Source: a virus (lineage: Duplodnaviria; Caudoviricetes). From it: a DNA stretch of 62,191 bases. The stretch spans positions 1 through 62,191 of the IMG/VR virus record IMGVR_UViG_3300032561_000021; one strand, given 5' to 3'. Both the position numbers and the translations under genes were made by a program. The notes below the pieces were generated by a model that worked only from the letters and a program-made list of their open reading frames with translations, ran no database searches and was not told where the DNA came from. Of the stretch, positions 1 through 7,770 are shown piece by piece. Each line of letters starts with the position of its first letter. Position 1 is the stretch's first letter.

Positions 1-1
1 T

Positions 2-199
2 ATCGTAGAGTTAGTTGAAAACTACGACAAGGAGTCTAGAGCCATTAGAGATGAAGCGTTAAGAATGAGTTGGTATATGCGTGGGGGTATATCTTACGAT
101 GATGCTATGGCTTTAAGTTCTCAAGAACGAGAAATCATAGGAAACATTATTAAGAAAAATATGGAAACTACTAAAGAGAGCGGCCTTCCATTTTTTTAA
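2..199 (+). CDS. 5'-truncated baseplate hub assembly protein (T4 gp51-like), C-terminal part
   Basis: Read by hand in frame 2: IVELVENYDKESRAIRDEALRMSWYMRGGISYDDAMALSSQEREIIGNIIKKNMETTKESGLPFF*, TAA at 197-199. The WYMRGG-SY...ERE pattern resembles gp51-like proteins of large myoviruses. The start lies outside the window. Confidence 0.55.
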   Translation: MVELVENYDKESRAIRDEALRMSWYMRGGISYDDAMALSSQEREIIGNIIKKNMETTKESGLPFF

Positions 200-721
200 C
201 AGATTTAAGATCTACTTCGCAGATCTATTGCTTTCATTTCATTCAGCAATCGTTTTCTTCTTAAAGATATTAAACAGATAATGTTAAGACATACGTAAGT
301 CTTCTAGTATTATCCAGATTAATCAGTCACACTTTGCCCGATAAAGGGCAAAATGAAAATTGTAGCATTATCCGAGTAGCACAATCACATCACGTTACAC
401 TAATTACAGAGGCGGTCGTCCGGTACCTCGAAGTGCGTCTTTATTACGACGGCGGCTATTAAATATACGTGAACATATTTAATAACGTAGGAGTATTACT
501 CCTTCTTTTAGCCTTTCCTAAAATCTTTTCAAATAGCAAAACCGGTTGTTAATAGGCATATCCGATCATCGTCCTGTTAAGGATAGTTGCTAAGTGCTTG
601 CTACAGCGGCAAGACTTCCGTCCCCGTTATTATCCGGTTGTCATAGGCACATGATATTAACCTGTGCGAGTCACTACTGTATATTGATTGTTACTACTGA
701 GCAGACTTTGTGTCTATTGAA
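200..721 (-). ncRNA. putative large structured non-coding RNA (family not recognised)
   Basis: About 520 nt with no ORF >=60 aa in a gene-dense genome. Inverted repeats at 208-226, 227-250, 286-303, 333-352, 359-385, 398-435 (nested), 436-451, 457-484, 489-503, 534-592 (three-way junction), 592-617, 647-667 and 702-716. Several stems need G-U pairs that form only on the minus strand. Confidence 0.6.
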
Positions 722-1150
722 TTAAATCTTGTTGATAATGTGTGAGCCATGTACACGGACCTGGATGTGTCCGTTATAATAATCGTTGCTTTCTAATACT
801 CTACGAGCAAATTGTTCTCTTGCTTCAATGTAACTACATTCGGATTTTGATCGACAATAGTAAAGTATTTCTCTACTAAAGTTTTCGACCCCCAATGCAA
901 CTACATCTTTTGTTAGTTCCGGGCTAGAACCATAATAGTCTTGCCAGTCACTGTCAATCTTGCTACGAATCTTCTTTTTCTTCTTAGTTCCGTTCTTCAG
1001 CTTAACTACTTTATACGCTGTTTTACTAAACTTTGCGAGCTTTTTGCCAATATATTTTCTACCAGACAGTTTATTAGTAATCAAATAAACAAATCCGACA
1101 CAATCTTCGGGAAGAGATTCTACTAGAGAGGTTTCGTAAAGCCATGACAT
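722..1150 (-). CDS. minimal GIY-YIG (Seg-like) endonuclease, catalytic domain only
   Basis: Motifs GFVYLITN...KYIGKK, YYGSS, REIL, Glu in SYIEARE and YYN. Lys-rich insert KVVKLKNGTKKKKKIRSK. No C-terminal DNA-binding domain. Confidence 0.8.
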   Translation of the reverse strand: MSWLYETSLVESLPEDCVGFVYLITNKLSGRKYIGKKLAKFSKTAYKVVKLKNGTKKKKKIRSKIDSDWQDYYGSSPELTKDVVALGVENFSREILYYCRSKSECSYIEAREQFARRVLESNDYYNGHIQVRVHGSHIINKI

Positions 1151-1156
1151 GCATAG

Positions 1157-1164
1157 TAGTTATC
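1157..1164 (-). promoter_or_regulatory. putative late promoter variant GATAACTA, 6 nt before the GIY-YIG ATG
   Basis: One mismatch to the GATAAATA motif before structural genes, with similar short spacing to ATG as at 7771 and 13583. Confidence 0.45.
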
Positions 1165-1169
1165 TCTTT

Positions 1170-2192
1170 CTACCAGGAAGTTGCATATTCTTGATTTACT
1201 ACATTTCTGGTGCACTTAGTACGGCATTCTTGCCATGCAAACTGCTTAAAATCTCTAATCCAAAACTTGTCATTTACAGCATCTTGAAGAGTTCTAGTGT
1301 TTAAATTAAAACGACCAGCAATTTCCTGCCATTCTGTATTGTGGCTATAGCGATTAGCTACCCAACAACAAGGAAACAATCTACCTTGTGCATCTATGTA
1401 CAAGCCCTTGTTACCAATTTCGCATAAAGGAACTACATTAGGTACAACATCGCCTTGCGGCCGGGTCTTCTTAAATAATTCCAAATTGATCTGCTTAACT
1501 TCAGCATTAAGTCCGCGCTTGGTCAATACTACAACATCTCTTTCAAACCTGTGTGAACTACTTACATATCTATCGCTAGGTTGTAAGGGATCATCAATTC
1601 CGTAGCTAGGATATATCTTTCCAAACTTAGTACTACGAGTTAATTGGAAAGCATCCATTCCTAATTTTGTTGCTAAAGACTGCATGTATTCTATATGATC
1701 TTCGTTAAATTTAAACGCAATAGCGGCCCATACTAAACGACACCGGCTGGTAGCCCTTAGAGCCTCAATACCTTGGACAATAGACACGAAATCGCTGTTT
1801 ATCCTGTACAAATTGTTACTTGCATTGTCATACCCGTCCACGCTAAAGTGTACAGTATCTACTTCTGTGAGCACATTGCCTAGTGCTGTCCACCATTCTG
1901 TTTTCTTATGACTACCATTGGTAACAATAACAATCTCAACAGGTTTAATACTTTTGATATATTCAATTACTGCAATTAAATCGTGTGCATATATAGGATC
2001 GCCATCGTCGCCGCAGAACGTAATCTTCTCAACATTAGCAAGAATAAATTCTGATGTAAAATTTCTTTTAAAAAACTCTAAATCTAACTCAGTATTAACT
2101 AAACTATCTGGGACTTCTTGTCGGGCACACCGAGTACACCGTAAAGTACACTTACTAGATATTTCAATATGAAAATGCCACGTGGCTAGCAT
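1170..2192 (-). CDS. radical SAM enzyme with C-terminal SPASM/twitch-like Cys motifs
   Basis: CTLRCTRC (CxxxCxxC), GDDGDP, TNGS, FSVDG, and C-terminal C...LFPCCW...CRTKC. Confidence 0.85.
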   Translation of the reverse strand: MLATWHFHIEISSKCTLRCTRCARQEVPDSLVNTELDLEFFKRNFTSEFILANVEKITFCGDDGDPIYAHDLIAVIEYIKSIKPVEIVIVTNGSHKKTEWWTALGNVLTEVDTVHFSVDGYDNASNNLYRINSDFVSIVQGIEALRATSRCRLVWAAIAFKFNEDHIEYMQSLATKLGMDAFQLTRSTKFGKIYPSYGIDDPLQPSDRYVSSSHRFERDVVVLTKRGLNAEVKQINLELFKKTRPQGDVVPNVVPLCEIGNKGLYIDAQGRLFPCCWVANRYSHNTEWQEIAGRFNLNTRTLQDAVNDKFWIRDFKQFAWQECRTKCTRNVVNQEYATSW

Positions 2193-3058
2193 AGTTCAAC
2201 CTCGCGTTGCCATTGACTTTCAAATACAGTTATATTGGCCTTGGCGGTGCAAGTGATAACACACACAGGATCTGCCAATTCTGGGTTATCCCAGTGTATT
2301 GCAACTTGATTAATATCTGTGATAAAATCTTGTTGCCTTGCGCCTAACCAGCAACAAGGACTAATATTGCCTTGTGCATCTATGTAAATGCTTGCTTCTG
2401 CCAGTGCGTGACAATCGATTTTACCTGGGGTGTATGTTGGTCGTTGCCAATTGGCTGGTTCCTCTAGCCCGTTAATATATTCTCGCTTGCTAACCTTGGC
2501 ACGGAACCATTTGAACTTCATTCGTTTTGCTAGTGCTTCGCAAGCATCAACTTGATGTTCATTGTGTTTGTAGACCAGCATGTCCCAGTGGGCAGGGCCA
2601 CCGGCAGCAATAAATGATGCTACGTTGGCTTCTAGCACTTCCCAACTAACGTTTTTGCGGTATATGTGGTTGGTATCTTCTAACCCGTCTATACTGAACA
2701 CAACAAAATCGTTTGGCTTTCTGAGCAATCGTGCTAGTTTAATCCACCAGGTCATACTTTGTAATCCACCGTTGGTATTCATACCTAAGGTAATATCAGG
2801 ATTGATACTTCTAAAATATTCAAAAATTTCTAATGTGTATTTGCCTGCGGCAGGATCACCGTAGTTACCACACATAAACATTTTGTCCAGCCCGCGAATA
2901 AAGTCTTCGCTAAACTTTTCTTTAATTTGATCAACAGATAAATGATGTTTGATAGTTTTATCAAACGCAGGATCGATCTCACGAGCGCAAAGGGCACAGG
3001 CCGCCTGACAAACATCAGTTGGCTCAATGTGCAGTACTTTTATATCTCTGTTAAACAA
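2186..3058 (-). CDS. radical SAM enzyme with C-terminal SPASM/twitch-like Cys motifs
   Basis: CQAACALC, GNYGDP, TNGG, FSIDGLEDTNHIYR, SPCCW, CVITC. Paralogous to 1170..2192 and 45758..46756. Confidence 0.85.
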   Translation of the reverse strand: MFNRDIKVLHIEPTDVCQAACALCAREIDPAFDKTIKHHLSVDQIKEKFSEDFIRGLDKMFMCGNYGDPAAGKYTLEIFEYFRSINPDITLGMNTNGGLQSMTWWIKLARLLRKPNDFVVFSIDGLEDTNHIYRKNVSWEVLEANVASFIAAGGPAHWDMLVYKHNEHQVDACEALAKRMKFKWFRAKVSKREYINGLEEPANWQRPTYTPGKIDCHALAEASIYIDAQGNISPCCWLGARQQDFITDINQVAIHWDNPELADPVCVITCTAKANITVFESQWQREVELC

Positions 3059-4820
3059 TGTCTACGTCCGTATTATAACTTGTGTATCCGTTTTCTTTAA
3101 TAACATGCAAGGTATTGTTTACCCGGCCTGCCAGTTCGTCTTTGTGAGATACTAACCAAATTGACTTGTTGGCTTCACGGCTCATCTTTTTAAGAATACT
3201 TAAACTATTTTCAACACCGTTACTGTCCATGCCCGAATCGATTAGCTCGTCAATAAACAATAAGTTAATTGGTTGATATAAACTTTCCCATACATCACGG
3301 AACGACCAGGATAGAGATAAGATAAGTCTATTGCGCTCGCCTCTGGATAAATTATCAAAGTCTAGGTCACGTCCCAGTTCTGTAATGCTTACACTCAGAT
3401 CATTATTAAACTTAACTGTGTGTGGTAAGCCGATGCGATCCAGGTACTGCCCTAATCTGGCATTTAAATAACTTAAATTCTGATCAATGATACGCTTACG
3501 AATAAACGAATCTTTGTTTGTTAACAGTTTAAGCAAGAATTCTTGGTGATCTTTTAAGTTAGATAACTCGTTAATAACATCATATGTAACTTCTTCTAAT
3601 GCTGTAGTTTGCATTTCTGCAATTTGCTCATTATAAGGATCCGACTCTGCGGCTTTGGCAGTTAATTGTTTAATTAAATTATCTACCGTGGCTTGATGAT
3701 GAATAGCATCCGCTTCTTTATCGTAGAACATTACTGGACGGGTGCCGAGTTTGCCCAGCCCAGACTCAGCTTGTTGTAACTCAGCCAAAGTGGCAACATG
3801 AGATTCCGCACTCTCCCGTGCCACTGATAATTCTCTCTGCTTTGATCCCAGGACCTGTTGGTGCTTTTCGTCATGGAACTCTTGTCCGCACGTATGGCAC
3901 GTATGACTTTCCAACGAAACAAGTTCTGCTGATATCTTGCTAATCGTTTTCTCCTCGCGGTTACGGTCCAATTTGGTACGGCTAATCGCCGAAGATAATT
4001 CATTGAGATCCTTTCGAGTCTGATCCCAGGCTTTGAACGCTTGGTGTGCCTGAATCTCGGCCTGGATATCGATCTTCTGAAGCTCTTCGATCGCATCTTG
4101 TGTCTTGTTAATCTCTTCATCGTGCTTGTTGTTCCACAGGGTTTGTCTACGCTTCAATGCTTCGATCTGTTCTTGTATACGAACGTTGGCATCTGTTACG
4201 GCCTTAATGCGGAACTCCTCTGAGGTAATAGCATCCTTAGTTTTTTTGTTTAGCTCTTTTAAACTATCTGCTTTTTCTGACAATAAAGTAATGCCCAGTA
4301 ACTGTTCAATGATAGTACGTTGATCGTTTGATCTTAAACTAAGGAACGGTTCAGTGTAGGTGTTTAGTGCTACAATATGCTTGAACATATCGTGGCTCAT
4401 ACCCAACATACGTTCTATCTCTGCTTGTGTTTCTCTACTATCGCCCTGTGCATCATCGGTGATTTCTTTTTCTGTATCACCCACAAAGAACTTCATTATA
4501 TTTGGCTTGCGCCCACGTTCAATGCGGTAGTTAACTCCGTCTTTTTCAAAATCAATACAAACCATCATGTTTTTACCATTGGTCTTATTGATTAAGTTAT
4601 CTTTCTTAATGTTAGTAAGAGCATTGCCGTAAAGTGCAAAACTTAAGGCATTAATAATAGTAGTCTTACCTGTGCCATTCCGTGCACCAGAATCGTCGCC
4701 ACCCAGGTCCAAGTTTTCACCTAGTACCAGGGTTAAGTCTTGCCGGTCAAAGTTAACAGCCTGGGTAGTATTACCCACGCTCATAAAGTTCTTAACGGTT
4801 AAATCTTTTATTTTAAACAT
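3051..4820 (-). CDS. gp46: recombination endonuclease ATPase subunit (Rad50/SbcC-like)
   Basis: KNFMSVG, Walker A NGTGKTT, coiled coil with CHTC zinc hook, signature LSRGE, Walker B LLFIDE, VSH. Confidence 0.95.
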   Translation of the reverse strand: MFKIKDLTVKNFMSVGNTTQAVNFDRQDLTLVLGENLDLGGDDSGARNGTGKTTIINALSFALYGNALTNIKKDNLINKTNGKNMMVCIDFEKDGVNYRIERGRKPNIMKFFVGDTEKEITDDAQGDSRETQAEIERMLGMSHDMFKHIVALNTYTEPFLSLRSNDQRTIIEQLLGITLLSEKADSLKELNKKTKDAITSEEFRIKAVTDANVRIQEQIEALKRRQTLWNNKHDEEINKTQDAIEELQKIDIQAEIQAHQAFKAWDQTRKDLNELSSAISRTKLDRNREEKTISKISAELVSLESHTCHTCGQEFHDEKHQQVLGSKQRELSVARESAESHVATLAELQQAESGLGKLGTRPVMFYDKEADAIHHQATVDNLIKQLTAKAAESDPYNEQIAEMQTTALEEVTYDVINELSNLKDHQEFLLKLLTNKDSFIRKRIIDQNLSYLNARLGQYLDRIGLPHTVKFNNDLSVSITELGRDLDFDNLSRGERNRLILSLSWSFRDVWESLYQPINLLFIDELIDSGMDSNGVENSLSILKKMSREANKSIWLVSHKDELAGRVNNTLHVIKENGYTSYNTDVDIV

Positions 4821-5521
4821 AAGTGATTATATAATAATTCTGCCAAGTGAGTGTGACCAGCTTCTAATATGTGTCCATTTGGTCCACACGGAAATTTGTT
4901 ACATAAATCTTGAATATAAAACGCATTCCAATTATAAAACATTGATGTGTCGATTAGTTGTACATAGTACTGTATTTCGTTGTATTCGTCAAATATTTGT
5001 TCGTCAGTCATGATATTAAAATTGATTAACTCTCTGACAGAATCTATAAACTGCTCCTTAGGTGCAAACCATTTACCTATATTATTATGCATTGTATTGA
5101 TCATCAGACATGGTGCTTTGATAAAAGATTGTAATTGTATAATTTGCTGAAGCCATAATTTAAAAGCATACAGCTCGTTGTACCAAACATTGTATAGGGT
5201 CTCGCCCCAATTATGATAAAATGAGCTATTACCGTACATGCTGTTTTGCAATGCCGGATTAAAGTTTATCTCGTAATTGTTGTCTGACTTATAAAAAGTA
5301 AATCTGGTATTAGTGGTCCATGCTATAACGTACAAATCAAAATTATGTTGATATTGCTTAATGGTGCGGTATATAGTTCTATAATTTGTACCTCCACTCA
5401 CCCCATCGTTGACAGTTGTTGCACCTAATAGATTACCTAACAGCACTGGCCACGCAGATGTATCGGGTGACTGTAATTCGTCACCGTAAGTAAATGAACA
5501 TCCGTTGGTATAAATCCTCAT
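4808..5521 (-). CDS. SGNH/GDSL-like hydrolase or acyltransferase
   Basis: N-terminal GCSFTYG, G-x-x-N block, C-terminal GHILEAGH. Paralogous to 52602 and 53265. Confidence 0.65.
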   Translation of the reverse strand: MRIYTNGCSFTYGDELQSPDTSAWPVLLGNLLGATTVNDGVSGGTNYRTIYRTIKQYQHNFDLYVIAWTTNTRFTFYKSDNNYEINFNPALQNSMYGNSSFYHNWGETLYNVWYNELYAFKLWLQQIIQLQSFIKAPCLMINTMHNNIGKWFAPKEQFIDSVRELINFNIMTDEQIFDEYNEIQYYVQLIDTSMFYNWNAFYIQDLCNKFPCGPNGHILEAGHTHLAELLYNHLCLK

Positions 5522-6534
5522 AGATTCCTGTAGATATCCAATAATAAATTTGGATTGTACTGGTTACTGTCAATACTGCTTAACTGACTATACACAATCT
5601 GATCGACTGACTCGAATTCAATATTACCAGCTATTTCGTAATCGGTTAGATCAGTTACCTTGGCTGGAATAAGAGTAATCTCTCTCAGCTTGTATGTTTC
5701 AATAAATGTTTCTTTAATAAAGGTTGCTTCTTCGTAGCTAATATCTACATCTAAGTTTACACGAACATGCATATTTGGTTTAAGCATAGTTTCTGTATGA
5801 TTCAATACATCCTTTAAGCTGAACACACGATACATAGGTTGATCGGGCCAACTATGGTATACAGGGGGCTTGTCCCATTCTAAAATAGTTAACCCTCTAT
5901 CATCATCGCCGGCATCGGCATAGTTATGTGGGAACGCATTACCAATATAGGTAACGTTGCGCTGGGTTTGTCGTTTGTGAAAGTGGCCAGAAAAAACATG
6001 CTCAAACCCTTGCATATCATCTCCGGTGATCTCACCATGGTCCGGCATAGCAACCATGGCATTCATTAAATATCCGGGCAACTCAAAGTGCCCAAACATG
6101 TACTTACCTTTTAATTTTTTAAGTCGCTTGTGGTCATCTCCAACCAGCCACGGAGCAATAGTGACATCCCCGAAAGTAGTCCAATCGTTGCAAATGTGTA
6201 TATTGCTGAGGTGCTTGGCCCATTCCACAGACTGTACGTCACGCTTGTCGCGATAATAAAGATCATGATTGCCGGGAATGAAGTAAGTATTGTCAAAGTT
6301 TTCATTTAGGTGCTCTAATGCACGTAGGCTGTAGCCTAAGGTTAAAATATTAAGACTTGCTCTATTGTTATGCCAATCTCCCAAGAATAAACAGGTTTCG
6401 CATCCTTCTTCTTTGGCTTTGGCAGTGGCCCATTTTACAAATGCTAAACAGTCTTCATTGTGTAGCGTACTATTAGACTTCAACCCAAAGTGTATGTCAG
6501 TAAAGATTGCAGCTTTTTTAAATAGATTTGTCAT
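5518..6534 (-). CDS. gp47: recombination endonuclease nuclease subunit (Mre11/SbcD-like)
   Basis: Metallophosphoesterase motifs DIHFG, GDWHNNR, GNHD, GHFE, SGHFH. Start moved from 6570 (TTG) to ATG 6534 because a promoter occupies 6542-6570. Confidence 0.93.
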   Translation of the reverse strand: MTNLFKKAAIFTDIHFGLKSNSTLHNEDCLAFVKWATAKAKEEGCETCLFLGDWHNNRASLNILTLGYSLRALEHLNENFDNTYFIPGNHDLYYRDKRDVQSVEWAKHLSNIHICNDWTTFGDVTIAPWLVGDDHKRLKKLKGKYMFGHFELPGYLMNAMVAMPDHGEITGDDMQGFEHVFSGHFHKRQTQRNVTYIGNAFPHNYADAGDDDRGLTILEWDKPPVYHSWPDQPMYRVFSLKDVLNHTETMLKPNMHVRVNLDVDISYEEATFIKETFIETYKLREITLIPAKVTDLTDYEIAGNIEFESVDQIVYSQLSSIDSNQYNPNLLLDIYRNL

Positions 6535-6541
6535 AATAATC

Positions 6542-6570
6542 AGTATAGAGGAAAGATTGAGTAAACTCAA
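6542..6570 (-). promoter_or_regulatory. sigma70-type promoter for gp47 operon
   Basis: Minus strand TTGAGT (6570-6565), 17 nt, TATACT (6547-6542), then 7 nt to ATG 6534. Overlapped by inverted repeat 6553-6575. Confidence 0.55.
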
Positions 6571-6586
6571 ATCTTATTTTGCTCAA

Positions 6587-6763
6587 TTAGAATTGGTGAT
6601 CGACTATGTTAAATGGCCCAAGTTTAATACCGCCTGGGCCGCCACCTAAGGAAAAACAGTTCTTATTGGTAGGTACTCCTACTACACAGGCTTCGGGGAA
6701 ATCTGAGTGTAAGTTACTACACCCAGATAATGGTAAGAGTAATAAAAGTACTAGGTACTTCAA
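6587..6763 (-). CDS. small lipoprotein (58 aa, not in the ORF track)
   Basis: TTG start overlaps the gp55 stop (TTGA). Translation MKYLVLLLLLPLSGCSNLHSDFPEACVVGVPTNKNCFSLGGGPGGIKLGPFNIVDHQF* has a basic N-terminus, hydrophobic core and lipobox LSGC. Confidence 0.7.
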   Translation of the reverse strand: MKYLVLLLLLPLSGCSNLHSDFPEACVVGVPTNKNCFSLGGGPGGIKLGPFNIVDHQF

Positions 6764-7653
6764 TCATCGTATCCGCCGTCGCTGCCACCCGATGTGGAAC
6801 TAATCTTTTGTCCCTGGCGTGTGTAACTAGGCGTTAAATTATTCATTTCTAAAATATCATCGCGTAAGTTTTGGTTACGCTTTTCTATGTTAAGAACACG
6901 AGTAAAACTATTAGTGATAGCGGCAGTATAATAAGCAAAAGGGTTCTGGCTCTTAAACTCGTCGAACTGTAGTCCAATTTGCGATAGTTGTAGCAATGCT
7001 TGGCTACGCATCTCATCATTGTATGTATATCCTCTCCAGTTAGAGCGTGTAGCATAACGCTCGCACAGCTTAATAAACATATGAGCAAGTTTTGGTGTCA
7101 TTTTACCGTGTTCGCGGCTAAACACACCAGCAACAAAATCACCTTTCCAGTGACTACGTCCTACTAGCACAGGAGTACCATCTTCGGTAACTTGAAAATG
7201 TTCAAATGGTGGAAAATTTACTTTAACGTATTTGGTATTACCTGCAATATCTAATTCGTCGTCATCATATTCTGAACGAGCAGGACCATCATCTTCTAAT
7301 TCCATTGCCTTGACAGCAGCTTTACGGCTTTTAACATCGTCTACAGGAATATGGTCCCATGTCATTACACGGAACACAACATCGGTATCGGCAATCTCTT
7401 TTAATTTAATTTCAAATTCGTCCATTTTATGCTTAGTACCATCTGCACTAGCGGCTTCGTGGGCTAATTTTTGCAATCGGACAGCACGATCTTTACGTGC
7501 TTGCATGATATTCTTTTTATTAATTTTGCTTACGTCTGGCAAAATCATATCATAATCTGCAACAGATGGGTCTGTATAGTGGCAGTAAGTGTTTTTGCTT
7601 TTGTGAATTTCTTTGAGAATATCTTTGTTATTCAGATAATTATTGCGAGCCAT
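6760..7653 (-). CDS. gp55: late-transcription sigma factor (T4 gp55-like)
   Basis: NYLNNKDIL, NWRGYTYNDEM and FD..KSQNPFAYYT...NSF...IEKR. Adjacent to gp47/gp46 as in T4-like phages. RBS AAAGGA upstream. Confidence 0.85.
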   Translation of the reverse strand: MARNNYLNNKDILKEIHKSKNTYCHYTDPSVADYDMILPDVSKINKKNIMQARKDRAVRLQKLAHEAASADGTKHKMDEFEIKLKEIADTDVVFRVMTWDHIPVDDVKSRKAAVKAMELEDDGPARSEYDDDELDIAGNTKYVKVNFPPFEHFQVTEDGTPVLVGRSHWKGDFVAGVFSREHGKMTPKLAHMFIKLCERYATRSNWRGYTYNDEMRSQALLQLSQIGLQFDEFKSQNPFAYYTAAITNSFTRVLNIEKRNQNLRDDILEMNNLTPSYTRQGQKISSTSGGSDGGYDD

Positions 7654-7678
7654 CCGGTGATTCCTTTAAAGTTAGCAC

Positions 7679-7708
7679 ATACTAACATATTTAATTGCCA
7701 AAGGTCAA
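7679..7708 (-). promoter_or_regulatory. sigma70-type promoter for gp55
   Basis: Minus strand TTGACC, 18 nt, TAGTAT, with TG extended -10. Confidence 0.5.
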
Positions 7709-7743
7709 CCTAATTTTGAAATGTATCCTAAACATAATATGGG

Positions 7744-7765
7744 CATATTATACAGCCGATAAATA
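7744..7765 (+). promoter_or_regulatory. late promoter CATATTAT-N3-GCCGATAAATA
   Basis: T4-like TAAATA core 5 nt before ATG 7771. 19 of 22 nt identical to 13966-13987. Confidence 0.7.
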
Positions 7766-7770
7766 CTTGT

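Noticed and set aside
200-721. tRNA, tmRNA, RNase P RNA, group I intron or CRISPR array as the identity of the non-coding region
   Set aside because: No cloverleaf with TTCRA and CCA, no tmRNA termini, only a partial AGGAAAG resemblance to RNase P, no interrupted host gene or P7 signature, and no regularly spaced repeats.
3731-4120. 129-aa Arg-rich alternative-frame ORF inside gp46
   Set aside because: Composition is typical of an out-of-frame read of a Glu/Asp/Ala-rich coiled coil. Only the GC anomaly is kept as a finding.
6606-6803. 65-aa plus-strand ORF (also 6365..6649)
   Set aside because: Antisense shadow of the lipoprotein and gp47, which fit the operon strand and have recognisable motifs.
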